Assembly (NCBI GenBank): GCA_023265625.1
Contig: JAHFST010000001.1
Span: 97,265-161,264 of the forward strand
Length of the DNA stretch: 64,000 bases
Reading direction: 5' to 3'
DNA from: Deltaproteobacteria bacterium
GTDB lineage: Bacteria > UBA10199 > JACPAL01 > JAHFST01
Shown here: in pieces, positions 54,501 to 63,962 of the stretch
Layout of the letters: each line of letters begins with the position of its first letter
How positions within the stretch are numbered: position 1 is the first letter of the stretch
Program-made: the position numbers and the translations under genes
The notes under the pieces: generated by a model
Database searches by the model: none
What the model was told of the DNA's origin: nothing
What the model saw: only the letters and a program-made list of their open reading frames with translations

Positions 54501-57500
54501 TTTCTTTTGACAACTTCCACCCCCTTGGCAGCTTCCACTCACGCAGACTTGCCCTGGACATTCACTCGAATCCTTACAACCGGTCCCGCCAGCGCATTGA
54601 CCTGCCACGCAGGTCTGGGTCCCGGCACAATCGGCAGGCTTTTGACAGGTTCCCCCGCCTTGGCAGGTCTTATCGACGCAAATCTGGCCGAAGTTGCACC
54701 CATCCGCGCAATCGTTGCCTCCAGTGCAGCTTCCCTGGAAGCAGGTTTGGGGTGCGACGCAGTCGAGCTTCGAATCAGCGCAGGTGCCGCCGGAGCAGTT
54801 ACCATCAGGACAGGATTCGCAGGTGCCGGTGGCGTTGCAGAGCTTGCCGGCGCCGCATTGACCGTTGACGGTGCAGGAGAGGGCGCATTGCCCGGTGTTG
54901 AGATCGCAGCTCTCTCCGAGTCCCTTGCAAACAACCGAGGTACATTTATTTTTACAAATTCCATCCAGGGGATCGCAGGTGTCCCCCGCGGCGCAGCCCT
55001 TGCCGGCACAGAGGTTGGGTAGGTCCGCACACTGCCCGGTGGCGGGGTTGCAGACGAGATTGGCGGGGCATGGTGGCTTGTCAGTGCAATTGTTTTTGCA
55101 GACCCCCAAGTTATTTTCCACGAGACAGATCTCTCCCAACGGACAGATCTTTGCCTTACAGGGGCCGTCCTGTCCCGTGGCACCGTTTAGCACCTTCTTG
55201 TCAAAGTCTGTGGGGGGGAGGTAGACGACGTTCTTGTCCTCTCCCGTCTTGGTGAGTGACGAGACCTTGGCCTCGAAGGTGCAAGTGTCGTTGGATTGCA
55301 GATTGAGCTTGAACTCCAGGCTACAGTCGACCGGATTGAAGACGCCACCGCTGCTGTCGGTATATTCCTTACTGGCGTCAGGGTTGCCAGGGCAGACGGC
55401 GCTCAATTTTGCGGCCACGTTTTTGGCACATTCGAGCTTGTCTGGTCCGCTTTGATCATTCTTTGGTTGGCCCAATTTCAGGAAGACGCTGTATTGACCG
55501 CCTCCGTTGTCCTTGATGCTCAGGTCGGAGAGGAAGAAGACCTGGTTCACAATCTGAAGACAACGGGTGACATCCCCCAACTCGAGGAAGCCGTCCGGAT
55601 AGTAGTCGGCCTTGGAGGCGGGGACCTCCCCAGCTGTAATTTTGTAGGGAGGGGAATAGGTCGAGAGGAGCCCTTGTTGGAGTTTGAGACAATCGAAGCC
55701 GGTCAGTTTGTTATCCGCGTCAAAGTCCCAGGCCGTGATATCCAGCACATCCGGATCGACCAAGCCGGCACCCGCGACAATTGGACGTGGGAGGTTACCG
55801 CCGATCGGTTGATTGCCCGGGTCGACCAGGTTGAAGACCGTACCGGTCATTGCGGCGATCTTGGCCGCGCCCTTGGTGGCCTGGAAGGTAAGGGTGCCGA
55901 GCGTGACCATTCCGTCTTTATCCCCGGTGGCGGGGGTGCCGAACAGGCCGTCGAGCAGGACGGAATTGCCTTCAATATTTGGCGAGACCTTGAGTGAGGG
56001 GTCACCGGCCGGGACAAACTTGACCACCTTCAAGACCGACGCCGGGTTCCAGGCGAACTCGATCTTAAAAACCGACAATTTTTTATCTCCCACCTTGACG
56101 CGGACCGGTGCGTCAAAGGTTTCTTGATCCGTTAAGACCGGAAAGAAGCGTCCGCCGATCTTGCCGAGGTCGACATCTCCGACCTCTGGGAGGAGATTCA
56201 AGGCCAGCGGGTAGTCCTGGTTGGCATTGGCGCTCTTGGCGGTGATAACGGTCCCGCCGTTGCCGGTGATTGTTACCGTCCCTAGTGCGAGGTCTTGCCA
56301 TTTCGAAAAGCTGTTGTCCTCTTCGGGCGTGTTGGCATCATTGGGAAGGTTAAGATTCTTTTTGGAGAATTGGATGATTCCCGGGATGACCGGTCCGGTG
56401 GTATCGACCAGGCGCGTCCGTGTCCCGTCCTCAAAGGTCCCGACGACCCGGATCTGGCTCTTGCCACCTACCGGTCCCGAGAGGGTGTCTTTAAAAGTTA
56501 TTTCATCCGACGCGCCGATCCCCTCGGTGCCGCGTAAATGCAAGGTCGCCAAGGCCTCGGCCTCCCCGACGATCTGGATGGAATGCTCGCTCTTGAGAGA
56601 GCTTTCCCCCTTGGCCCCCACGCCCGGATAAGTTGCCTGGATGGTAAAGGTCGCGACCTGTTGCGGCAGGATCCGCCAGACATTGTTTTCTTTCACGACC
56701 TTGAAGGGGTTCGCGATCGTCTGGTCTTTCATGCCCTCGTTCAAGGTCAGTTTGCTTTCCGGATGATTCAAGAGGTCGATTTTTGGGTAACCCGGATCGC
56801 TCCACAGGCCACGGACGGTGAGCCGTCCCTTTTGCCACTCCGCGCTCGCTTCCACCTTGGAGAAGAGGGCGTCTTCAATATTTTTGCCATCGATCGCGGG
56901 GGTGAATTGACCCGCGTCGCCTAATTCCTGCGCGCTGAAATCCTCCGAGGTCTTGATCTCGAGCCCGGTGAGGCCCAACACCTGAAGATTGGTGGAGGCT
57001 ACGAAGGAACCACCGGGGAGGCCGCTGATCGAACAGCTGAGGGTGACGACGCCGGTGGCGGTGTCGGTCGATTCGATGTTTCCTTTTTGTGGCAACGTCA
57101 CCAGGTTGCTCGAAGGGGCACAGGTGGTCTGCGCCTCTTGCGTCGCATCCCAGGTCCCGCCTCCCTTGAAGTGGACGATCACCTGGTAGGTGGTTCCGGT
57201 TGGAATTTTTTCCATGGTGGCGGCCGGGTCGGTTGCGTTGATGGCGATGTGTGTTGCCCCCAGTTTGACCTCAACATTGTCCGCATCGGGGACCTTGACC
57301 TGGACGCCCCCTTTGCCGATTTTACCGGTTGCAGTATGAGTGGCTGCGATCACGGTGGCCCCCGGTCCCTTCGGTTTGATGACTGTAATCATTTTTTGCT
57401 GCTCATCGGTGAGGGGGACCACGACGGAGTTATTGTCGCTGGCCAGGGTGATCTCGGAGCCGACCAGGGAGGTGAGGTTGAATTTTTTCACACCGTCCGC

Positions 57501-60500
57501 CTCGGCGGCATATCCCCAGACCTCGACCGGCGCGGTGTCGGCCATCGAATCGATCTGATTGGTGACGTAGGCGAAGGCCTCGGTGGTCCCTGCATCGAGG
57601 TTGGTCACGGGCGAGGGGTTGATGGCATTCCCTTGGCCCGATTTGCCCAAGAAGATGGTGGCCGGGACCAGGACCTTGAGATCGGTCAGCGCGACTTCTT
57701 CATCGGTGCGCGCGACGGTCTTTTGCTGCGCCTCGGGAAGCCCCGGGACGGAAAGGGTTGTTGGCCCGTTCTTTGTGCCCGGGATAATCTTGCCTTTTTC
57801 CACGGTTGCCACCGCCGGGTCGCTACTGCTCCAAGCGGCGTACGGGGCGAGGTCAATCTTGAGCCCTGGGGTGTTGGGGTCGCTCCAGAGGAGTCGGGCC
57901 CGGGTCTGTTGATATTGATTGGAACCTTGAATCTTGTTGAGGGTGAGATCTTCCAGCTCTAAGGATAGATCCTTCGGGTCGGCCACGGAGGAGGTAATTC
58001 GCACCCCTCCTTGCGAGAGTCCGCTGAATGTCGCCTTGAAGAAGTCTTGCCCGCCCTTGGCTGGGGCGTAGCCAGCCCCCTGCAAGGTCACGATCCCGCT
58101 GTTGGCCCCTGCATAAGCAAACGAGGTCTTTGCGGTGACATCGTCGGGATCGGAGATCCGATTGTAAAGGGCCCGTGCCTGGAAGGCCCCTTTGACATTG
58201 AGCGAAGCGGCCAATCCCCCCTGGTAAACATGTTCACGGTCGGCCCAGGCCAGCAGGGTCTTGAGCTGTTGTTCAATAACTTTAATACTCCCTTGGGGAG
58301 TCTCACCCGCGACGTTGCCCGTGAGGTCGGCGATGCGGAGCGGTACTCCTTGAACACCCAGGCTGGTTCCTTTTGCGGCGAGTTTTTGGAGCTGGATCTT
58401 CTTGCCAGAAAAGGCCTGTTGCGTGCCCCCCTTGGCCTCCGGTGTGACTTGAAACAGGATGGTTGCCAGTTGGAAAAATCCCTTGGGGCTTGCGGCGTTC
58501 GGGGCTGGGTTGGTCGCACTGAAACTTAGTTTGCCTGGTTGGAGCAGATGATTGTTGTCGTCCGGGGTCCAGGCGAGTGGCCAATTGACCAACGTGATTT
58601 TGGGGAGACCTTTTTGCGTGACGGGGGCGACTAGGTCCTTGCCGAAGTTAATTTCTACCTGAAAGCCGTTGACCACTTGGTCTAGGCCGCCCTCTTTGGC
58701 GTTAACCCAGAGTTGGACCGGAAAGGTCTCGCCGGGGAAATGAGGTTCTTGGGGAATGACCAGTCCCATCTCTCCTTCGGCCAAAACAATCGGTTCCGCC
58801 CGTTTCGCCAACACCAGGTCGGTGGAGACCGGCAGCATGTTGGGGGCTGAGACGGTTAGTGTGCCGGGACGATCAGTGTCATTCTTGAAGGCGTTTTGCG
58901 GGACGGAGAGGGCTTTGTAAAAAATCCCCTTGTCTTTGTAATCGGCCGAGAGGTTGATCAGACCGGCCATGGGCACTCCGGAGACCGAGAGCGTGAATTT
59001 CACTGCGCCGCTGCTGCGCTCATCCAGCGGTCGTCCGGCGGCATCCCGCAGGAAGGCGTAGGCCACCACGGTTGGCTGCGAGGCGTAGTATCGAGGGAGG
59101 CCGCCTGAGTCGTCCCCTTGTAGCACCAAATTGACCTGGGTGGGGAGCGTGTCCACAGAGACATTTTTGGCAGCGGCGGTTTTTTTGCCGGCGGGGATCT
59201 GGGCGTTGATCGCATCAAGCGCGACATCGTTCAGCCCATAGATGGTCCCCTGATAGTTTCCTTGCCCTGCCTCTACGAGCAGGTTGGACCAGAGCCCCAG
59301 GCTCGGGAGAAACTCGATCGGGACCCCCTCCACCCCTTCGCCAAAACTCTCCGGTGCAAATTTTACGACGATCAAGATTTCCTTGATGCCGCTTCCCCCC
59401 TTGCCGTCGCTCAGGGTCAGTTGGGCGGAGTAAGGATCGGCCGATACCTCTTTGGCCTTGGGTTTCCAATTAATTTTCCATTGAGTGCCTTGGTCGGTCT
59501 TGGTGGGCGACGAGAGCTCGGCACTCGTTCCTTCCAGGCCGCTAAGCAGCAGTTCCAGGGTGTCGTTGTCTGCATCGGTTGCGGTGAGCGTCAATTCATT
59601 GTCTTGATCGGCGAAGAATTCAACCCCGCTGGGCGCGGTCAAAATCGGGGCGTGATTGGTAGGGGCGACGGGTGTGACGCAGACCCCGGCGGTCAGGTCG
59701 CAGACCTGGTCAGGCCCACATTTTGTCAGATCGGTCGCCGAACATTCTCCCTTGGTCTCATCAGCATCTTTTACCCCGTCTCCGTCATCATCATCGTCTG
59801 TGATGTCCGGGATCCCATTGTTGTCATCGTCGGTGTCAATGTTGTCGGGGATCCCGTCTCCATCGGTGTCTTGGTTCCCATCGTCGATCGGCCCCTTGCT
59901 GACACAGACATGGTTTTCACTGCACGCGAATCCCTCGTTGCACATACTGTCTTCCGTGCAGTCCTTGCCGCCGATGGCGCATTTCAAGTCGGGTTGGCAG
60001 CTTTGCTTTTCAGGGCAATCATTGTGTTCCGCGCAAACCTTGCCTCCGGGGAGGCAGGTGCCGTTGGTGCAGGTGGTGCCGCCTGTGCATGTGTCGAATT
60101 GACTGCAGGGCGTGCCTCCCTGAATGCAATTCTCCCCGGAACAAAAGGAGCCCGAGGCACATTGGCTGTTTTTGCTGCAGGTCCCGCTGGAAGAGACGCA
60201 ACTGCCGTTGGAGCAGGCCTCGCCGATCGGGCACTCTCCGGTGCTTTTGCAGAGCGAAGCGGCCACCTGGCAGATTTTACTGGAACAAAAATGTCCCTGC
60301 GGGCAATCGCTGCTGATGATGCAGCCCTTTTTACCTTCGATGAAGTCAGGGGGCAGCGGCGGGGCGCAGGCCTCATTGATACATTGGGAACTGTCTGCAC
60401 AGTCCTGAGCGGTATGACAGGTCGCCTGACCCGACTGGCAGACCTTGCCCGAGCAGTAGGCCCCGGTGGGGCATTGGCTGTGAGTTGCACAGGGAATCAC

Positions 60501-60866
60501 GGGTAACCAACAAAAACCAGCCAAACATTGTTCCGAGGCACGACAATCGCTGACTTGCTTACAGGTGCGAGATCCCTCACCTGGATCACACGCAGAGCCA
60601 ATTCCATTGTTATTTAAATCGCTTTGTTCCGAATTTGGGAGGAGGGGGCAATTGTCCGTGGGATCGACGATACCATCGCCATCGGTGTCATTTTTGAATT
60701 CATTAGTCCCGATGATCTCGGACCCGGGGTTTTGCGCGTTGTCTGAACCACCGTCTTTCGAACAACTACAACCGCCCCCTTGGGCGGACATCTGTCCGGA
60801 GAGGAAGAGAAAACCGTTCCCCAGTAAGAACAGCAATAAAATTTGTCGTGCTATCCGTGCTCGCAA
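24600..60866 (-). CDS. Giant secreted modular protein, 12,088 aa. Signal peptide, cysteine-rich repeats, thrombospondin type-3 Ca-binding repeats, many cohesin-like and Ig-like beta-sandwich modules, dockerin-like modules, a C-terminal right-handed beta-helix, a Q-rich coiled segment and a Pro/Thr-rich tail.
   Basis: Single uninterrupted 36,267-nt frame. TTG start with RBS. Domain motifs read from the translation. Confidence 0.9.
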   Translation of the reverse strand: MRARIARQILLLFLLGNGFLFLSGQMSAQGGGCSCSKDGGSDNAQNPGSEIIGTNEFKNDTDGDGIVDPTDNCPLLPNSEQSDLNNNGIGSACDPGEGSRTCKQVSDCRASEQCLAGFCWLPVIPCATHSQCPTGAYCSGKVCQSGQATCHTAQDCADSSQCINEACAPPLPPDFIEGKKGCIISSDCPQGHFCSSKICQVAASLCKSTGECPIGEACSNGSCVSSSGTCSKNSQCASGSFCSGENCIQGGTPCSQFDTCTGGTTCTNGTCLPGGKVCAEHNDCPEKQSCQPDLKCAIGGKDCTEDSMCNEGFACSENHVCVSKGPIDDGNQDTDGDGIPDNIDTDDDNNGIPDITDDDDDGDGVKDADETKGECSATDLTKCGPDQVCDLTAGVCVTPVAPTNHAPILTAPSGVEFFADQDNELTLTATDADNDTLELLLSGLEGTSAELSSPTKTDQGTQWKINWKPKAKEVSADPYSAQLTLSDGKGGSGIKEILIVVKFAPESFGEGVEGVPIEFLPSLGLWSNLLVEAGQGNYQGTIYGLNDVALDAINAQIPAGKKTAAAKNVSVDTLPTQVNLVLQGDDSGGLPRYYASQPTVVAYAFLRDAAGRPLDERSSGAVKFTLSVSGVPMAGLINLSADYKDKGIFYKALSVPQNAFKNDTDRPGTLTVSAPNMLPVSTDLVLAKRAEPIVLAEGEMGLVIPQEPHFPGETFPVQLWVNAKEGGLDQVVNGFQVEINFGKDLVAPVTQKGLPKITLVNWPLAWTPDDNNHLLQPGKLSFSATNPAPNAASPKGFFQLATILFQVTPEAKGGTQQAFSGKKIQLQKLAAKGTSLGVQGVPLRIADLTGNVAGETPQGSIKVIEQQLKTLLAWADREHVYQGGLAASLNVKGAFQARALYNRISDPDDVTAKTSFAYAGANSGIVTLQGAGYAPAKGGQDFFKATFSGLSQGGVRITSSVADPKDLSLELEDLTLNKIQGSNQYQQTRARLLWSDPNTPGLKIDLAPYAAWSSSDPAVATVEKGKIIPGTKNGPTTLSVPGLPEAQQKTVARTDEEVALTDLKVLVPATIFLGKSGQGNAINPSPVTNLDAGTTEAFAYVTNQIDSMADTAPVEVWGYAAEADGVKKFNLTSLVGSEITLASDNNSVVVPLTDEQQKMITVIKPKGPGATVIAATHTATGKIGKGGVQVKVPDADNVEVKLGATHIAINATDPAATMEKIPTGTTYQVIVHFKGGGTWDATQEAQTTCAPSSNLVTLPQKGNIESTDTATGVVTLSCSISGLPGGSFVASTNLQVLGLTGLEIKTSEDFSAQELGDAGQFTPAIDGKNIEDALFSKVEASAEWQKGRLTVRGLWSDPGYPKIDLLNHPESKLTLNEGMKDQTIANPFKVVKENNVWRILPQQVATFTIQATYPGVGAKGESSLKSEHSIQIVGEAEALATLHLRGTEGIGASDEITFKDTLSGPVGGKSQIRVVGTFEDGTRTRLVDTTGPVIPGIIQFSKKNLNLPNDANTPEEDNSFSKWQDLALGTVTITGNGGTVITAKSANANQDYPLALNLLPEVGDVDLGKIGGRFFPVLTDQETFDAPVRVKVGDKKLSVFKIEFAWNPASVLKVVKFVPAGDPSLKVSPNIEGNSVLLDGLFGTPATGDKDGMVTLGTLTFQATKGAAKIAAMTGTVFNLVDPGNQPIGGNLPRPIVAGAGLVDPDVLDITAWDFDADNKLTGFDCLKLQQGLLSTYSPPYKITAGEVPASKADYYPDGFLELGDVTRCLQIVNQVFFLSDLSIKDNGGGQYSVFLKLGQPKNDQSGPDKLECAKNVAAKLSAVCPGNPDASKEYTDSSGGVFNPVDCSLEFKLNLQSNDTCTFEAKVSSLTKTGEDKNVVYLPPTDFDKKVLNGATGQDGPCKAKICPLGEICLVENNLGVCKNNCTDKPPCPANLVCNPATGQCADLPNLCAGKGCAAGDTCDPLDGICKNKCTSVVCKGLGESCDLNTGQCALSCTVNGQCGAGKLCNATGTCESCPDGNCSGGTCADSKLDCVAPQTCFQGSCTGGNDCADGCNFGQICVDKTCQGGGTCQKPADCAGTQTCVAGQCAGGTGCKDSSECPGQVCVSGSCQGGGSCQKKEDCKGEEVCNIPVGEINGSCQLPNSNQLPVYQGPKKFGPFEVDATVSIDFGAQTLNPDQDGLLFEVTPPPGIKAQITPAGVFAWGPVTQEDLGEKTFTLTINDLDPTGKPKDKITVTFTINVVAKGSTVKGSPVKGATLDFAIKDIAGKDPDLGRPHQAFWLQEKAGSYQEKILDVARTGSAFLQATIPAGGTAVPQPWLVKGTPAKLHLLTNRGEVYTPESSAPGGEKIKAFAFVTDSSGRPVDPDSVQFLVDGQPAGNATKTTAGLYQQEMLFSKNGTLSVQANQGAIKLDPAQQVPITFIPAKELLQLPAETAGIQLPQRPLLPGETFTVPLYVNTGDKNLHSFFFKIDFTPPLTVTQINKGKDASCFQAYTPNGLNTGSVAFTSSCPDTIGPGAKLEVALLTVQVDPKVMAIVTPTATGGATLYHKTGGNFPEYGSATLSVADQTGVTDASGQVTVKPVVDRGIFAWAKDSYLIDLSLAGAPPKASSVELRVVTSKGIFDPDSAKTISLIPLGQVIQTDQGNYSVAKSGNDTLKAVYNNAQNFDGIGVTAWKLASDQIKLFVSDTTLDRFSGVNPSLWQTARAFVYTDFGGAVEPINLTGLAKIGLQVSNSLSLSQVNAANPLYGSLIGVKGAPGAESSENVVVTLNGNPVNATKTTIAITQVEKQPATIYVTIPGHVDLKPPLPLSILDGTDPNFGKGEGLATVTNYLSQPFQEVPLSFWALFDEGGKEIWSDITPLLSPDEISLVDEVGNPQPFATFTDNTHTRIKALASNGDKPYFVRANLKNLGETLKIPHQNQVVIDIPKPDLNPNQGCPTGGMAVTAGDASALLRGLPTTATLVVQTNAKTILPLVKVTPISGGDLITVGAPDLAGKVTVTSKGTGVGPVKLELDVGGLFGVTPQTCEFQVVTLKDLKMEVWEDFDLGGPASFKNAVAQPKKDGAFLFRVIEGANQADRFQRGRLTLRPVWSDDLPGVPNAPLILTANQFVQLKQAGLSLSFPNYLDPFGIVPAYPGTSWPFTLFIIPSNSSGDPAGKIMLSIAGKTLSLNPIQGETSILVEEGSVDITNLAVISFPLGSIDQFPIPTNLQDGPFAATFSAPKLSVTPLGVIATLADGTHRDLTNITVTGLLNLTSSVIPLPAMKDVAPALIGEPIKVVDNDKAMLQILENGAAKITVTLNKNVGAAAPTQDYALVTNLKTNKLDVDIGNIGPTTKRPFTGRFVDVLATGSIDLPVFASTGDPAKELNGYDITLFFNPEFMELASITMKNLPAGSAPPSVTPNFDPQNPEPNLRANVHFSGLVPAGNKGQVKLGELSFNILKKAAAPYTKLSGTFTLSVAGDKPGVMEAGAGWIDPAPVLDFNSQGGFTITDVVEIQKFIQDKGGQFVCPKINPAEKCDQADFDQDGKVLPPDTGSALQVVSGAFSFVDIYAQEDGVGKYRVFTDLTDAKGQPIKQDTNVHFELTETDAQGKPLFTFSDGTTQFTATQTKDENVAGKIFAVYQAPLADIQNDTAVTVKITYEHLSIVAGKTVGNLVTVTKALAVKGINGAKSCQGDVDCPVNKEACLDKVGGGKTCQPVACELDADCNLLVGEKCDIAAGYVCKIPPDPCAGVQCASNESCDKIKIGADGKGSCVAKFCSVDGDCGAGQSCQNNACAIKPGSCQVDNDCGQGKKCEQNVCKTDSGGSCVANEECVTGTSCQGGICLPPCDTPGVNCPANAPLCDTQLNPAQCVGDGDNDAISDAADNCPSVANNDQSDADKDGIGDLCDEDQDGDGINNNIDNCPATSNPIVPPKVVQDDADGDGIGDTCDKSNDDIDADGVPNDKDNCPNVANDQVDSDNDGVGDACDAATDLGNLAVSGANLGFNATLGLPNDLVEELTTANPAQPGYYQSHLLNLTTVGSGSVTADVSQGGSGTLPFATKAGAVDQITLIASTDKLYVQNKAVDTKSSVSLYAYVTDALGNPVAGVPCAFTNVAGGQELDEGTVTTDTNGIALKKIAYIDFPDGTKFLLSATALPETPQAKTSQKITVTGIGSPAFIEQAGDIWLELPNKAMIPGETFQAAIRTNVASPLKGYGAKINFDPALVSVIGAPQIPDPFTLKSASANATDITFSATDDVPSKKGTITLGEATFMVNAQTAPGALNFSGALTADLVAGPLTVPKGSPLKVWDGNGGIDNSGQVNVIAKTLRGLLLTTNSNQLFDSSPLEGESGKEVGEVSVRHITNDPNQPLGDSMAFGEDPFDQDLKLISGNPQIIVAQESPKNRFTNGAQEGKTDLTVKQGEQVLSNTLPVRNLQLHEIWVEALPVDLKKPITLGKDELLQFRVVGEYTGDLQSVNRNITGKLDSSDFQVTNCDKGDITLKAGYVSLSGGAKQNDCEFTFLTADPKLPQTAKLTLGYDPNASTVPASLQVVVPAHVGVSPITPPPDTLDPAANNMEVKAGVSSLFTEIGQTVQATVYGILPNGNRVDVTGESALASGNPNVVSVDGTKVTAVGSGTTDLKAKWKDLPEQAATVKVQFAQPKKVEIWVKGTAGQYAKTTGAYTIALNGDEITSALKQIPQNPDYRVVGNMKGGVCAITPDGKVTGDGCQDLTYNSGWNHDPKMLPADFLVGFTQNEAGTEFHFASIKTINNWPSGTGSETMSLNISLWPALTFPFTVNVVSYQSLSLKSYETYTPPSLNPTPENFLSKIENGPYYQQADAKVIVTFSDNSTLDVSDKIAASRNDENDPQVILRGDDTIADQSDLQGIIEVGGIDGFTPTNRIKAKIDDGKIGLIAILGKMKSLGLPITVSKEPVNIKELRIDWKRTCEANNTITLGGTCNGDPTNPTYRGVKDPNNEVRMITYATFSDDNVHTLITQNGQHDYDDMVSFTTEDVSGSATNFVNLKRKDFVTALDLNSGRIQAHDNGVGRILMNLKDKVDQGEAFQVSVNQKLPVNLIPTTGDIDLGNPLGHAFDLNAKVGTFTLPVRIATTGFAGPTQGVDLRLFYDKKIIDVAQKLADCSNAITLAKGLSGSLACEYWDNSQQTNDSDIPEDWKGLAGIKVSFLNATPLAPNDALSLFDINFITKAALDQKAANWSPIRGLEKVVAPDGQPMLAKDVQQIVAGAGDIDPTTFFGDAFFEEGKFPKVDISDAAAALNVSTKTDAKNNLIANPSLLKYYDIYTDGDLTWQDAYYLNRMGVGATHFVTGEIDPTTGVAKPIVNYPYNNDYTKAQFVVELHSRDFNAQSVQLPPDPATTEVFFEIGSGNAQNWVYPDAGKEPDAGPQFADVKAKPLGGGRYGVTAEKLGAVEKNIPVAVVVRTLEKNGDTKQENAFREAKGLQGSNTIGLTSFDVDPNGPPSCTQTSDCDVGKICQNKQCIPGPPCDNNDQCGLGKTCVNKTCTDVGSVCDAADNGDCNANQICQGNQCKLKDNEPCKPTDICQDGEICLNGFCKAPPSCQDNGQCAPQVCVNKLCVDPGITCDEGSDCKEGQYCDGQQCQACKQVGDQIICPNKGCSVNTDCKFADGETCLNSVCMPPKPCDSQSGCPNGQTCVNNSVCLGGGTCDPSIQPPNPNGCAAGQKCLDPDFNGVGDCTGDLSNTPPYWPDEFGKKYTVSQGSTLSILLKAKDDQSDPLTYSVVDNTATPGSQLDLATNTYTWAPTDQTPAGVYQSTFSVHDDVTKLKVNVTVDIEVIKDSALDGTPVKHALVDFSILPGIWQGILQDSDSFNGNYTALFLDITTPGAGQVTAKISGDSTSAPFTITDNPARSYLTLSRSEVYEDDSNLTAYIFLTDEQGQPLAVSNPPSLKVGADSVAASPTPDKGIYQAKVNFDTTYQKLAVGEGKKVAVNLEAIGKALATQPTAVTLKPKVAKLAWPQDNAGQEKSFAGLQLPDRLPMPGYEIEVPVMIHLKEGDNLTSFDISVYFNKDLLQYQATSNGKDIQKVNFAKVDGHKVDIAEEKDAQGNILFNQSVKFNSYLEGSTEPTGPQTLEMARLKFKVVKGENPPLVAKFGGHITTLAGKKGVQVSLDGEKQALLVADFTGSTTAEGKLPLAKPEVVGLFAWASDPFLVFVPGAAAPLNQTKGTIATRLIRSDDSITAPAGEALNFAATNTSFTPTIGITIPDPGKGEFQTEAKKSGTAELIVSYKKTPIDPESTFEFRKIFVKTITPNWDNPDEVKLTASDTNLQKIDGTDSFQTARLHLSWTVPEMKNISGGDLVIDLINEVDIQPVGGIDVKAEQGLLQVVTGPAAGSKDGKLRANTKEISAQTIATLPITVSATDPANPLILTKMEVVTPGSVVQPSAKAVTLNSLADKTFGSTRGGATVTNVLNKYQQVMKVRVLGTLTYKENPLDPNSPIITEEGDLPEDLFKPGGKGGISTNDVTSLAAKDVNNPLLFQVLKPTSNPNNTVYVDASLVGQTTHSPVIIKLDPMNAVSDNCGPIARAINDPAKMLLGLPAERQLQILLTDSNTTLPNNSTKVTCSVVEDGNSVIDQNALKTCLLKAAPDAKGGKFTIKIHSDVADVLCENKYVMTLTGLAIKSYEDFNSGNFNDKVEDSYLSYIENTKTYQKVRMFLEGTWSDNTKIHLGPQAINKIEIGVPQWSIPPGFLNIENIIQPDFPWPDYYLLTPINDGAALISAIISNSPAIPEDQKTTTLKIDSNYHAQITNLGLSGEAKVENNPTNDEVKFDATVQAIKGETVTLRAFATFGSDRVDANNLSKTGNPRALLITKGNPIGTALLNVSSSEIQFAGTTMKATPAAVFSDGKVMVNANGALKTTWTIDPNKDDTGDAAKPIPPPMQDFTMAINLKPGMGEVDLGKPSGRFVEIFPKGGSALLPFRANVGNEKLKGFEIHLFYDKDMFKMATDPADPTKLLIKNPPAGTITAELPPYKQGVAKDKTAELIFHGSLAEPYPTGNDINLGTLIFLAQTKTDDPAQNPVTEFTGTSKVATNAKTYENPLTAAAGFVDPTAFKDYDGKGIYDIDDIVALRDAIGGVGNLKPQGDYNNNGVDINDVYYGLKISGKAYHFVTADVIKGLPGNNTLKVVVANTENKVPDNVKLTFSTGDNFIQFLNGITLDSTNFDAISGEKIIPLPDNLDNDKIVPFTVHVDSTMANGVSSFDFGQTITIPGKNGPSCTQDTQCGAKQKCDLSVKGCKPTCNVPLDCAVGSQCNTDKGFCYQCAAGEVNDPQKMACVLDTDGDGFSNSTDNCVAQKNPDQADEDKDGIGDPCDNCAKVANPDQMDSDGDGVGDACGVKDYDQDKIPDFTDNCPQIANPDQADIDQDGLGDLCDNCPYVFNDKQQDSDQDGIGDACDQNTVCKDDSQCPKDQVCNLKPAENSGQCMLGLDTDKDGVTDPKDNCPQNANADQLDGDVDNIGDVCDNTISGEPVKGAKLTTGTNKIEAAQGVDLVGESSGLVSDNNDGTYASQVINLVPAGMGKAGATVIGGPNSIAQEYAISPDPASVELGVSRNTLYQNILSTPLVTQFFGGNQQPVGKGKVIPANVIGGQPLFLTTDPSGFGPSLLSVDPQSDQFNLPNGDGKLTFNINIPNKTADITTKKQPAKPDCGGKTCVYFETPFGPVFPTTSNFAGQEFTVPVILLNPAGKTIDNFKAQVDFDKAKFDFIKLATKLPNSTDNSSQELQFQPKTVGYVGFTAHTLNLKDPAITLAEITFRPKAMDLATLDTTLSGKVTSLYEKILTGNTPIFAQETAMKVRDKNGFQEGQASVTIKKAVLTKLFAWSSRPVIYDDVNPASFNIIVKGLSENGTLVDLKDAVAITPSTAMQPDAAPLSFHTVKQKGVVDVQTAQFTITHPDCGGCSATTTTIVHPVKDLQLKIADQDLDKISNLPGTPFQKSPYHVEASYDDGTIRDLTDQVELESMDSEDILKEGVVKIDKPNHLLWAPDATTPSSKSIIAMKNPVAGLGAGFYVTVGAAEKTITELNLVVPASVGSSLSDGKDATQKNLSSKVTTVFSNIGQSTTLRVLGLTNDPKDTPQDLTELVTSGKITITPKDGETAGVVTIEGTKVSSTLPGKVHLKAELPDQNDPTKIIATDSDTLVEVIPPAGELILKKVPTNEIIPVGKNLKLALSPNDPVTILKQYSTKESFKIFAKFGSKEIDVTEQAEPTMSALPNVSSPKFFIDLNGALTLMMNQGAKNSGSATLNIKAMGLARKLTIDIVTLQGFELKTLAPYPENDNAPAKTTLHKIAKSSAYQWVRLWAKAILTDGDSLDLTPFKDNVSLQLDVTGGATLNKPRMFVRGIPDTNENKATIALGWQGYDNKKKSLELTIDPIPDDISELHIQSNEFTAGNSKVTPLTDKTLSASDESPHFVNIITKYDKDATQALLVRSDDGTIEVPGLLDVTAGDLKTGPPNQYQLKDFATLSEANNKLTLTAHENGAVKLSANINPSNKLTLDTKEELKLAINETPTVGDIDIGPELGVPFPDQSGGEFTLPVRVNTDKTPLGNFEIQILYDKDVLKIADYSKPGNSILPGKDLQNSAYTFTPGADPDTGTIKIVSTFSGGLNKKQGLLEIAQIKFIPTKQEKQVTKLSGIIKALYDPDNNPIGAAIPVEGRPIVAGMGEMDPPGGWRADMNSIEGFSSDDIQSLQNAIVTNSVTPEKFPLYDADADFNGAVDSNDTSYLQKILVGNALWVDVDAQYPYQNNLGTIRLTATVSGPGAKPSKSINKNIKVEFILEDLKQTVEAKLVGTADTAQGVYEFIKSDLNPKLPTLNVKVRISQFDAQGKNLWMEEYLSSGPVKKVTINPEAVDYCYGIVCDVGLTCKGAAGQATKCCDASGDCSKDPTGCQGGLNPIDNSIPTDGLFDYCGTCPIDTTYQPDTKQCKKNDTCPEAMQFDPINKQCCNADGSSCQPPEDCSLITCNGTTCKVVAGKAGCIPTSCPADKTYDANQCCDAAQPPNCMAASCPDQKPPVDGFCPDATIKNQLPVFTSPTQTSYEVAAGAIVSFQVAAGNAGLSWNEVASDTNKVPDTAFVPSTGQFNWNTTGAPEGTTYHLNFIAKDAQAQQSTLPVTIKILGNLLEGALPVSGAHVSFTPSRTDGFVGGFWDGLWWQEAGKGGTYQGLLEDLALPGTVSVKASAGGNVADSKPLEIKLNSAATRAQVILARGDVYSDLPTVKVFALVTDDYGRPYQGGLLPEAEITKDSNTLFSNPLSVTQQPGIYSGDIKFDPSLFEPGLDKMVSVKLKLDGNSLQASGDPANITLKGIVGDLQLTAGQAGIQLPKRPLTAGESFAADLFVNTGGKGLQAFQFEIKFDGTMIEFDPKATKPIEVATGFGDIEGISLNTPITFTSAATGNLLISSNKEKVATLHLRVKSTATPLPATTAISGTPNQLYYTDPAQKSLSGEKQPLLIADKSGPGTGNIAVLNKEVRGILGFVENGQLFSNDKIPGLVLPASVPQTTVVRTLKVENDGSMNLITGADLNNLKCEDKSGATAVGTDVKCEVKSKAEGDANLTATYAGKSVGNMQVHVTSIDPAKLIVETDSKTDTIPKLKGLNLDGNDAYPKVQAHLYWNNGQIRLDLTPYVTFKNPDKAVFTVTEAGLISPFESGKAEIRIVVADKTIAAKELTVSAESENFKSLLVVPAHVKMTKTESPATLGALTGDVSQKNTLEAMAFNTFTSLDDSTPLTLLLITKDNSRYDVTANFLTAYQQKPALLTIGDPSVIKVDVNASGQLMIHPATSGKKTTNVSAKFGKGIEGAATVAINIPAPAATLTGCDPLALSTEDASAKLLALKTTSPLVLKQGVKQDVVDPAKIKYVVTEGANLIKTIDGKDLSGQPAKVLASTNTVEVQDTPPPSDGGWVTIELQPDYLGIPKQTCKLPVNTLTKISLQTYEDYDPAKLPQYNPAKDGTFANAVKDTTLSKIEGQNDKKQLLRLVVTGQWTDGSSIFLGGDEAAKLPTDKASLAVPAGFTEPIPVNGNSNSKWPGSFALDGSKGQSGDILVKFLPPLVGKELNATLGLTVEEQEVAFQTKPEPGKPDNTTLDGFIIRGKTSNLGANVPKEKGFQGFDNESLPVTNGDVAFDTTLSGVAESSYPLTVVGKFTDGTRMILTSGDGNAFKTSLLTTKIDELALPAYDGPALAPSAEVPNLPPDQLQLTPKKNGAVKLTFSVGSKSLTYHAAVNMNANVGDLDLGPLTGRFVPVIPNGNGPNITFRANVGDKPLKTFGFTINYDSSVVEFDTTKAIPVAGISNPSANAILIPNSTNKQLVVAGGYSGGATGMVDLAIIPINKVKTGWTGFAGTINLVVDDGSPAGTTLSPDSAITAGTGIVDPGGVKNYGDDDKNAQAKKGGFDPYDVSALTSDVNKGDKENPKKVAQPSYGKGVSPDLELLGDYNGYGGGSPLNPKTDSIDVSLAMQIYTYQLYFTYPTVEPTANQGEYLYKVRFFDRDGKSVCPQAATLEVGDPGMSDNAVTISGQSACIDLGTPPEKGYQSTLVVPYDAPITLNTLLTVETSNGAKQNLVKGRFQLVGKSKKVCTAVSECAPSQTCTSGSCTNGIDTDGDGIPDSEDKCPKDATDQCPPGSPAGSSCQATKECQSGICEFGVCKMSPGESGCTKKDDCSSGSVCYSGTCTDPAKITCPAGQVYDINNNKCAIISCPPTLDTNYDDKPDGYDADKDGKLDYAVWDPTHAEILNNVLLQEGIPTNLRTTFFVTAKPPIKAVVPCVGIGCLIDKIIPDKLDIVDNSYNKAVDITEPLGSLGNPFHSLKDALDKITQRQKNNAPPFLCEAIQQNCDGKYEGCKAGTSGTCDVVESTCKTENCANQPECKDISLKFLSTTCDQAKETCDKACQPMKKECADTNDPLSSGLKTCYADTYYPCLKGCNNAFGACLNSPTGLCQTAAAPCQQKCTEDRISCPFSWQSSCRQSYESCKTPCTKQPYDVIVLQGNDVQESYEYHEQGLTLPASTRIWGGFKLKKFTQDSKNYQCLMRYVKYEDEPKAPVKGTLKAQNCIGPLCIDLAAGMDVKVDPNKPDLSVIANLPDKKGYTTQIVGTSCDTNVFQIDSTMVPSPVGPDSLIDGFRITLKPDKSLTFTFGANCVPISIANASPTLAHNEIVALAYLPDKDTSIATPTGIKIGENASPQIRDNTIEGNTNTSYPNMFSTALEIKSSSLERAKPVLENNQIHAGTSLVASTGIYVSTASCSPLDFLIRGNTIEGGKAVKTYGFRGEGSCKDWANNYLASFLPKEPTPSLSECLKQIELGWMLGPDECPKHSDFPACKTCERPIPGSKDTENFSSCLSTGCMDLARFLAGDAPTLVLDRNKIEATAKADQDFYGVSWHGLGFPGLRNRVISNNLIKALGKKTCHGVELQDAGVDLLQNTVDSQCQDNKGDAFLGSNEKLFAVYPDATGISSCKKLEDAGVALSCMNLFGFAAVIPPEGCPETIKSSDAKTVLKPYLEQTLQCQKYLDQCDTVAYQQYDQCVEKVYKDSPTTQKIPMPKIFNNLLSGPVCSMHHNPSNLEITGLKNIHHNAFFGTDEPKNTCMITSNSPGEKNEFGYDSDFPGNFVDHQKGDYHLKNIANSIAIDQGDSETTEYKQVLEYKGYMFDNPILDLDQVTRPQGCFYDLGAYEAKSSACSKSPIIDTKEGLPDKGIDPIPPFPGGVPKSSFQDGAKSQDIGNLDQKVQAPAGTTAVPEKVQDPFLQDLSNALRTSGGVIDAAIKEKIRVNVVEQFQRQMTTGPQVVLSIQQQQEMQRVMEDTARALAETSQRAMTDIKTNVSKQIEATSNLTPQQQDSLKQEVLGKINNDLAGSIAAATQEGVKAGIEEIKQSAEAATNKAITNPAAAAQPNAVTAQPSAVTDLPTAATDQAAAANAAPSSANDVVSSAATQGGASLKDQMNDIVVTATQEAISADTTIPEQTRNDLSTRVSTSVDTAADQAVINSLADIFSVNSVAPTTPAAAPAPITSPQVATPEASAPATVAPTAPTAAPSVSPTATPTPTTSTPTIAPTRDTSTTRQTTTRTGTTSTRTGTTTQTR
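24603..24900 (-). repeat. Low-complexity Pro/Thr/Ala-rich C-terminal tail of the giant protein. No LPXTG, PEP-CTERM or RTX motif.
   Basis: [15 protein letters not shown]...[19 protein letters not shown] at the end of the ORF. Confidence 0.7.
25815..27700 (-). other. Right-handed parallel beta-helix (PbH1-type) domain of the giant protein, ending with a DLGAYE motif
   Basis: [25 protein letters not shown] and NRVISNN rungs. Terminal [10 protein letters not shown]. Confidence 0.6.
27950..29110 (-). repeat. Cys-rich knot 7 with thrombospondin type-3 repeats
   Basis: C-codon-dense stretch. [17 protein letters not shown] and [15 protein letters not shown]. Confidence 0.6.
33770..34280 (-). repeat. 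Cys-rich knot 6 (no TSP3 repeats)
   Basis: [16 protein letters not shown]...[14 protein letters not shown]. Confidence 0.6.
34625..34860 (-). other. Two-segment dockerin-like Ca-binding module: (GF)[13 protein letters not shown] and [24 protein letters not shown]
   Basis: Reverse-complement codons read directly. DxDxDGxVDxxD loop followed by a helix, twice. Confidence 0.55.
38430..39200 (-). repeat. Cys-rich knot 5 with a thrombospondin type-3 repeat cluster (at least 6 repeats)
   Basis: [37 protein letters not shown] and similar repeats. Confidence 0.7.
39510..39700 (-). other. Two-segment dockerin-like module: [22 protein letters not shown] and [18 protein letters not shown]
   Basis: Reverse-complement codons read directly. 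Confidence 0.55.
43780..44510 (-). repeat. Cys-rich knot 4 (no TSP3 repeats)
   Basis: [40 protein letters not shown]... Confidence 0.6.
48960..49870 (-). repeat. Cys-rich knot 3 with a thrombospondin type-3 cluster
   Basis: [40 protein letters not shown]... Confidence 0.7.
54430..55170 (-). repeat. Cys-rich knot 2 (no TSP3 repeats)
   Basis: [27 protein letters not shown]... through ...GSCQLP. Confidence 0.6.
58670..58762 (-). other. Example A-type cohesin-like module core ([31 protein letters not shown]). At least 5 further copies follow later Cys-rich knots.
   Basis: Pattern LPxRPLxPGETFxVxLxVNT...F.F.I.FD recurs through the protein. Confidence 0.5.
59680..60700 (-). repeat. Cys-rich knot 1 with flanking thrombospondin type-3 repeats, at the N-terminus of the giant protein
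   Basis: [25 protein letters not shown]. About 10 CxxxxDCxxGxxC units. [22 protein letters not shown]. Confidence 0.7.
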
Positions 60867-60897
60867 AAGACACCCTTGCCCTTTTGCGGCTTAATAG

Positions 60898-60915
60898 AAG
60901 CAAGAAATGTGCCAA
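60898..60915 (-). promoter_or_regulatory. Sigma-54 (RpoN) -24/-12 promoter TTGGCAC-ATTTC-TTGCTT for the giant gene
   Basis: Exact TGGCAC-N5-TTGC spacing on the minus strand, ~45 nt upstream of the TTG start at 60866. RBS AAGGGCAAGGG. Confidence 0.6.
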
Positions 60916-60994
60916 TGGAATATTATTTAAATTCTTGAAAAATAATGACTTTTTGGAAGATGGGGAGGGCGAAAGTGTTGTTTTTTTGACATGT

Positions 60995-61708
60995 TTATCG
61001 TTTTGATAATAATTTTTTGATATGGCGGAGGATGAAGCGGGCGATGAGGCGCTTGGAGGTTAGCGGGCTACGGGTGATATTTTTGTCCCGATCCAGCAAA
61101 AAAACTTGGTTCTGATCGCTTGCAAAGCCTTGGTGGTTTTTGCCAACCTGGTTGGCGACAACCAGATCGCAATTTTTTTTCAGCAGTTTGTCACGCGCAT
61201 TTTTAATGAGATTTTGTGTCTCCGCCGCGAACCCGACCAGTAGGGGCGCTGCTTCAGCCGGAGGCTGATCCGCCTCTGGCGGATGCTGCGCCCTTGCCCG
61301 TTTCATTTTTCCCAACGCCGCCAAAATATCCGGGGTGCGGACCAATCGGATCGTCATCGGTCCGGGACGTTTTTTCACCTTGTGTGGGGATGTTTTTTCG
61401 GGGCGGTAGTCCGAAACCGCGGCGGCCATGATGAGGATGTCGGTCTGTTTGGCGTGCTGCATGACGGCGCGGTACATTTGTTGGGCGGAGGTGACGGGGA
61501 TGACGCGCATGGGTGGGGGCGTATGGCAATACGCCCCTACAGGCCCCGAGATTAACATCACCTTGGCCCCTTGTTTTTGGGCCTCCTCCGCCAAGGCGTA
61601 CCCCATCTTGCCTGACGAGGGGTTGGAGAGAAACCGGACCGGATCGAGGTATTCCCGGGTGGGACCCGCGGTGATCAAGATGCGTCGGCCTTTGAGAGGT
61701 TGTTTCAC
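60995..61708 (-). CDS. coaB: Phosphopantothenate-cysteine ligase (CoaB), encoded separately from CoaC
   Basis: RILITAGPTREYLDPVRFLSNPSSGKMG motif. Confidence 0.8.
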   Translation of the reverse strand: MKQPLKGRRILITAGPTREYLDPVRFLSNPSSGKMGYALAEEAQKQGAKVMLISGPVGAYCHTPPPMRVIPVTSAQQMYRAVMQHAKQTDILIMAAAVSDYRPEKTSPHKVKKRPGPMTIRLVRTPDILAALGKMKRARAQHPPEADQPPAEAAPLLVGFAAETQNLIKNARDKLLKKNCDLVVANQVGKNHQGFASDQNQVFLLDRDKNITRSPLTSKRLIARFILRHIKKLLSKR

Positions 61709-62268
61709 GCGGGTTTAATTTTTTTGACCTTTAGGATCTTTTCCATTTCTTGTAACAGCACGGCCGTCTCCGGCAGGCGACCCTTGCCGGTATAGCCGCA
61801 GGCCAGCGATCCGGAGTCAGGCTCCAAGACTCGAAATCCATGTTTTTGCAGCTGCGCGACATTTTCCTGGGTGATGGAATTTTTCCACATGTGCACATTC
61901 ATCGAGGGGGCTACCAAAATCGGGGCGCGGGTGACGCAGACCAAAGTGGTTAACAGGTCATCGCAGATTCCATGGGCCATCTTGGCCAGGATGTCAGCCG
62001 TGGCGGGGGCGATCATGACCAGATCCGCCTTATCAGCTAGCGCAATATGTCCCATCTCCTGCTCTTCGGTCAGGCTGAAGAGTTCGGTATGGACCGGGTT
62101 GCCACTCAAGGCCTGGAAGGTGAGGGGGGTGACAAACTGTTGGGCTCCCTTGGTCATGACCACATGGACCGAGGCCCCTTGTTCCGCGATGCGCCGCACC
62201 AGATCACAGCTCTTGTAGACCGCAATTCCGCCGCTCACGCCCAATGCGATGTTTTTCCCTTTGAACAT
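61705..62268 (-). CDS. coaC: Phosphopantothenoylcysteine decarboxylase flavoprotein (CoaC)
   Basis: KNIALGVSGGIAVYK flavoprotein N-terminus. ATGA overlap with coaB. Confidence 0.8.
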   Translation of the reverse strand: MFKGKNIALGVSGGIAVYKSCDLVRRIAEQGASVHVVMTKGAQQFVTPLTFQALSGNPVHTELFSLTEEQEMGHIALADKADLVMIAPATADILAKMAHGICDDLLTTLVCVTRAPILVAPSMNVHMWKNSITQENVAQLQKHGFRVLEPDSGSLACGYTGKGRLPETAVLLQEMEKILKVKKIKPA

Positions 62269-62336
62269 AAGTCATCCTAGCCAATAAAATTGGGGATGAC
62301 AAGGTGTCAGATGAGCGGTTTGATTAGGATGGAGCG

Positions 62337-63962
62337 CTAATCGTTTACCAACCGGCATCCCCGTTCCCAGGGTTGGGGAGACCACCGGTCTGCATTTCCT
62401 GCCTGGAGCAAGCAATCAAGCCAGTCCTCGTTAAACGGCGCCTGCTCCGCAAACAATCCAAGGCGGGGATCAAACGGGGTCCCAGGGGTCTGCCAGCGTT
62501 CCGCCGTAACCCTCTCAGGGTGCTGATTGCGCATCCCCGTGACCTCTTTCTCTTGATGGATCCGGGTCAGGGCGACAAAATAGTGATGGAGGATCGGGTC
62601 GATCTCCCGGAGGCGTTTTGGGTTGGTCCAGTAGGTCACCAGGCCGTCGGCGCGCCATTCCCCTGTCGACGATGGGGACCGGCTTAAAACTTCCGGATGA
62701 TTTGAAACGGTCTGTGGATCGCTGGCCAGGGAGTGTGCCTGGGCCTGGTCGATCTTGGCGAGCCGTTTCGGAGAGAGGATTCCGGCATCTCGTCGCACCT
62801 TTTCATCGGCATGAGCCAGTTCGTGGAGAAAGAGTTCCCGGATGTTCGCAATGCCGTGCCGTTTTTGTCCCTGCAAGTTGGTCAAGGCCTCTGCGGAGAG
62901 GAGTATTTGCCGTGTCTTGCCGAGGTACATTCCCGCCGCATGGTAGGAGAACTTGGTGGCTGCCGCCTTGAGGAGGCCGATGGCCGCCTCGGGGTCCTTG
63001 GCGAAACGCTCCCGGCCTTGCCGGGCCAGATCCGCCCCTTCACGAGACAGCAGCGCGTCCAGGTGGGCTTGCGGGACGATCACGATCTCATTCACCCCCC
63101 GCCGCGCCAGTTCCGAAAGATAGCGATTGCCAAAATCTTTGTGCTCAGTGACGAATGATAACCCCTGCATCAGAATCTTTCGCCAGGCTTCTACCCGGTC
63201 CGCGCCAGCCACCCCCCGGACCGCCAATAGTGGGACCTTTCGGTCCCCGAAGGGGATGGATCCTTGCCGGTCGGTTCGGAGGGGTTCTGGCTGGACCGGA
63301 TCAAATCTCTTCTCCACCTGCCACTGACGCAGCACCAGCTTCCAGTCGCGCGCCAGCTCGTGCCGGCCATCCGCCTTGGCCAGGCTGGCCATATTGAGCT
63401 CCACCCCGCGCGCCAGCGCACGCGTCGGGAGGTCGATCGTCACGGAGTCGATCTGTGGGAGGTAGCCCCCCCGTTGGAAGGGGGATCCGGCCGCCATGAG
63501 GGTGATCGGTCCGGTGGGTTGCGCCCGAAGGGTGCGCGCCGCCCTAGCAAGGCTCGTGTTATTCGGTTGGGCGGCCAGGGCCGTTGCGACGATCCTGCGG
63601 ATGGTGTCGGCCGCTCCGGCCTCGATACGCCCCAATGGGGCCTCCGTCAGATCCCCCGCCTGTTGCAGGGCGGCTTCAAACTGGGACCGAACGGCCGCCC
63701 TTTCTTGTAGATCTGGGATGGCCGGGAGGACCACCTCGTAGACCACGTGGGTTAGATCGATGACCTCCCCCCCTTCGATCCAAAGGTTGTCCGCCGGGGC
63801 CTCGATGGAGCGGTAAGGCCTACTCTGGGCACAGTCGGTCAGATGAATGGGCCCCTGCGGTTGGGAGGAGAGGATGGCTTGGGCCTGGAGCACATAGGCG
63901 TAGGATGGAAGCCATTGGTTCATCTCGTTTTTTAAGGAAATCAATGCCTTGGTCCTGGCCAT
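62337..63962 (-). CDS. Hypothetical 541-aa protein with a HExxH motif (LHELAHADE). Possible metallopeptidase-like fold.
   Basis: Long ORF with no recognisable family. Confidence 0.4.
   Translation of the reverse strand: MARTKALISLKNEMNQWLPSYAYVLQAQAILSSQPQGPIHLTDCAQSRPYRSIEAPADNLWIEGGEVIDLTHVVYEVVLPAIPDLQERAAVRSQFEAALQQAGDLTEAPLGRIEAGAADTIRRIVATALAAQPNNTSLARAARTLRAQPTGPITLMAAGSPFQRGGYLPQIDSVTIDLPTRALARGVELNMASLAKADGRHELARDWKLVLRQWQVEKRFDPVQPEPLRTDRQGSIPFGDRKVPLLAVRGVAGADRVEAWRKILMQGLSFVTEHKDFGNRYLSELARRGVNEIVIVPQAHLDALLSREGADLARQGRERFAKDPEAAIGLLKAAATKFSYHAAGMYLGKTRQILLSAEALTNLQGQKRHGIANIRELFLHELAHADEKVRRDAGILSPKRLAKIDQAQAHSLASDPQTVSNHPEVLSRSPSSTGEWRADGLVTYWTNPKRLREIDPILHHYFVALTRIHQEKEVTGMRNQHPERVTAERWQTPGTPFDPRLGLFAEQAPFNEDWLDCLLQAGNADRWSPQPWERGCRLVND

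Noticed and set aside
24537-60506. Dozens of 60-400-aa ORFs on the + strand inside the giant gene (for example 42525..43472 at 315 aa, 59262..60506 at 414 aa, 36645..37238, 47253..47846)
   Set aside because: They are antisense shadow ORFs of a strongly supported 36-kb coding frame. They are Gly/Arg/Val-rich and low-complexity, with no starts, RBS or recognisable domains.
24600-60866. Possibility that the giant ORF is an assembly artifact or a fusion of several genes
   Set aside because: The frame is continuous, and a signal peptide, promoter and RBS occur only at the 5' end. The module order is regular and periodic, with a coherent C-terminal cap. A long-read check is still advisable because the repeats could be collapsed or expanded.
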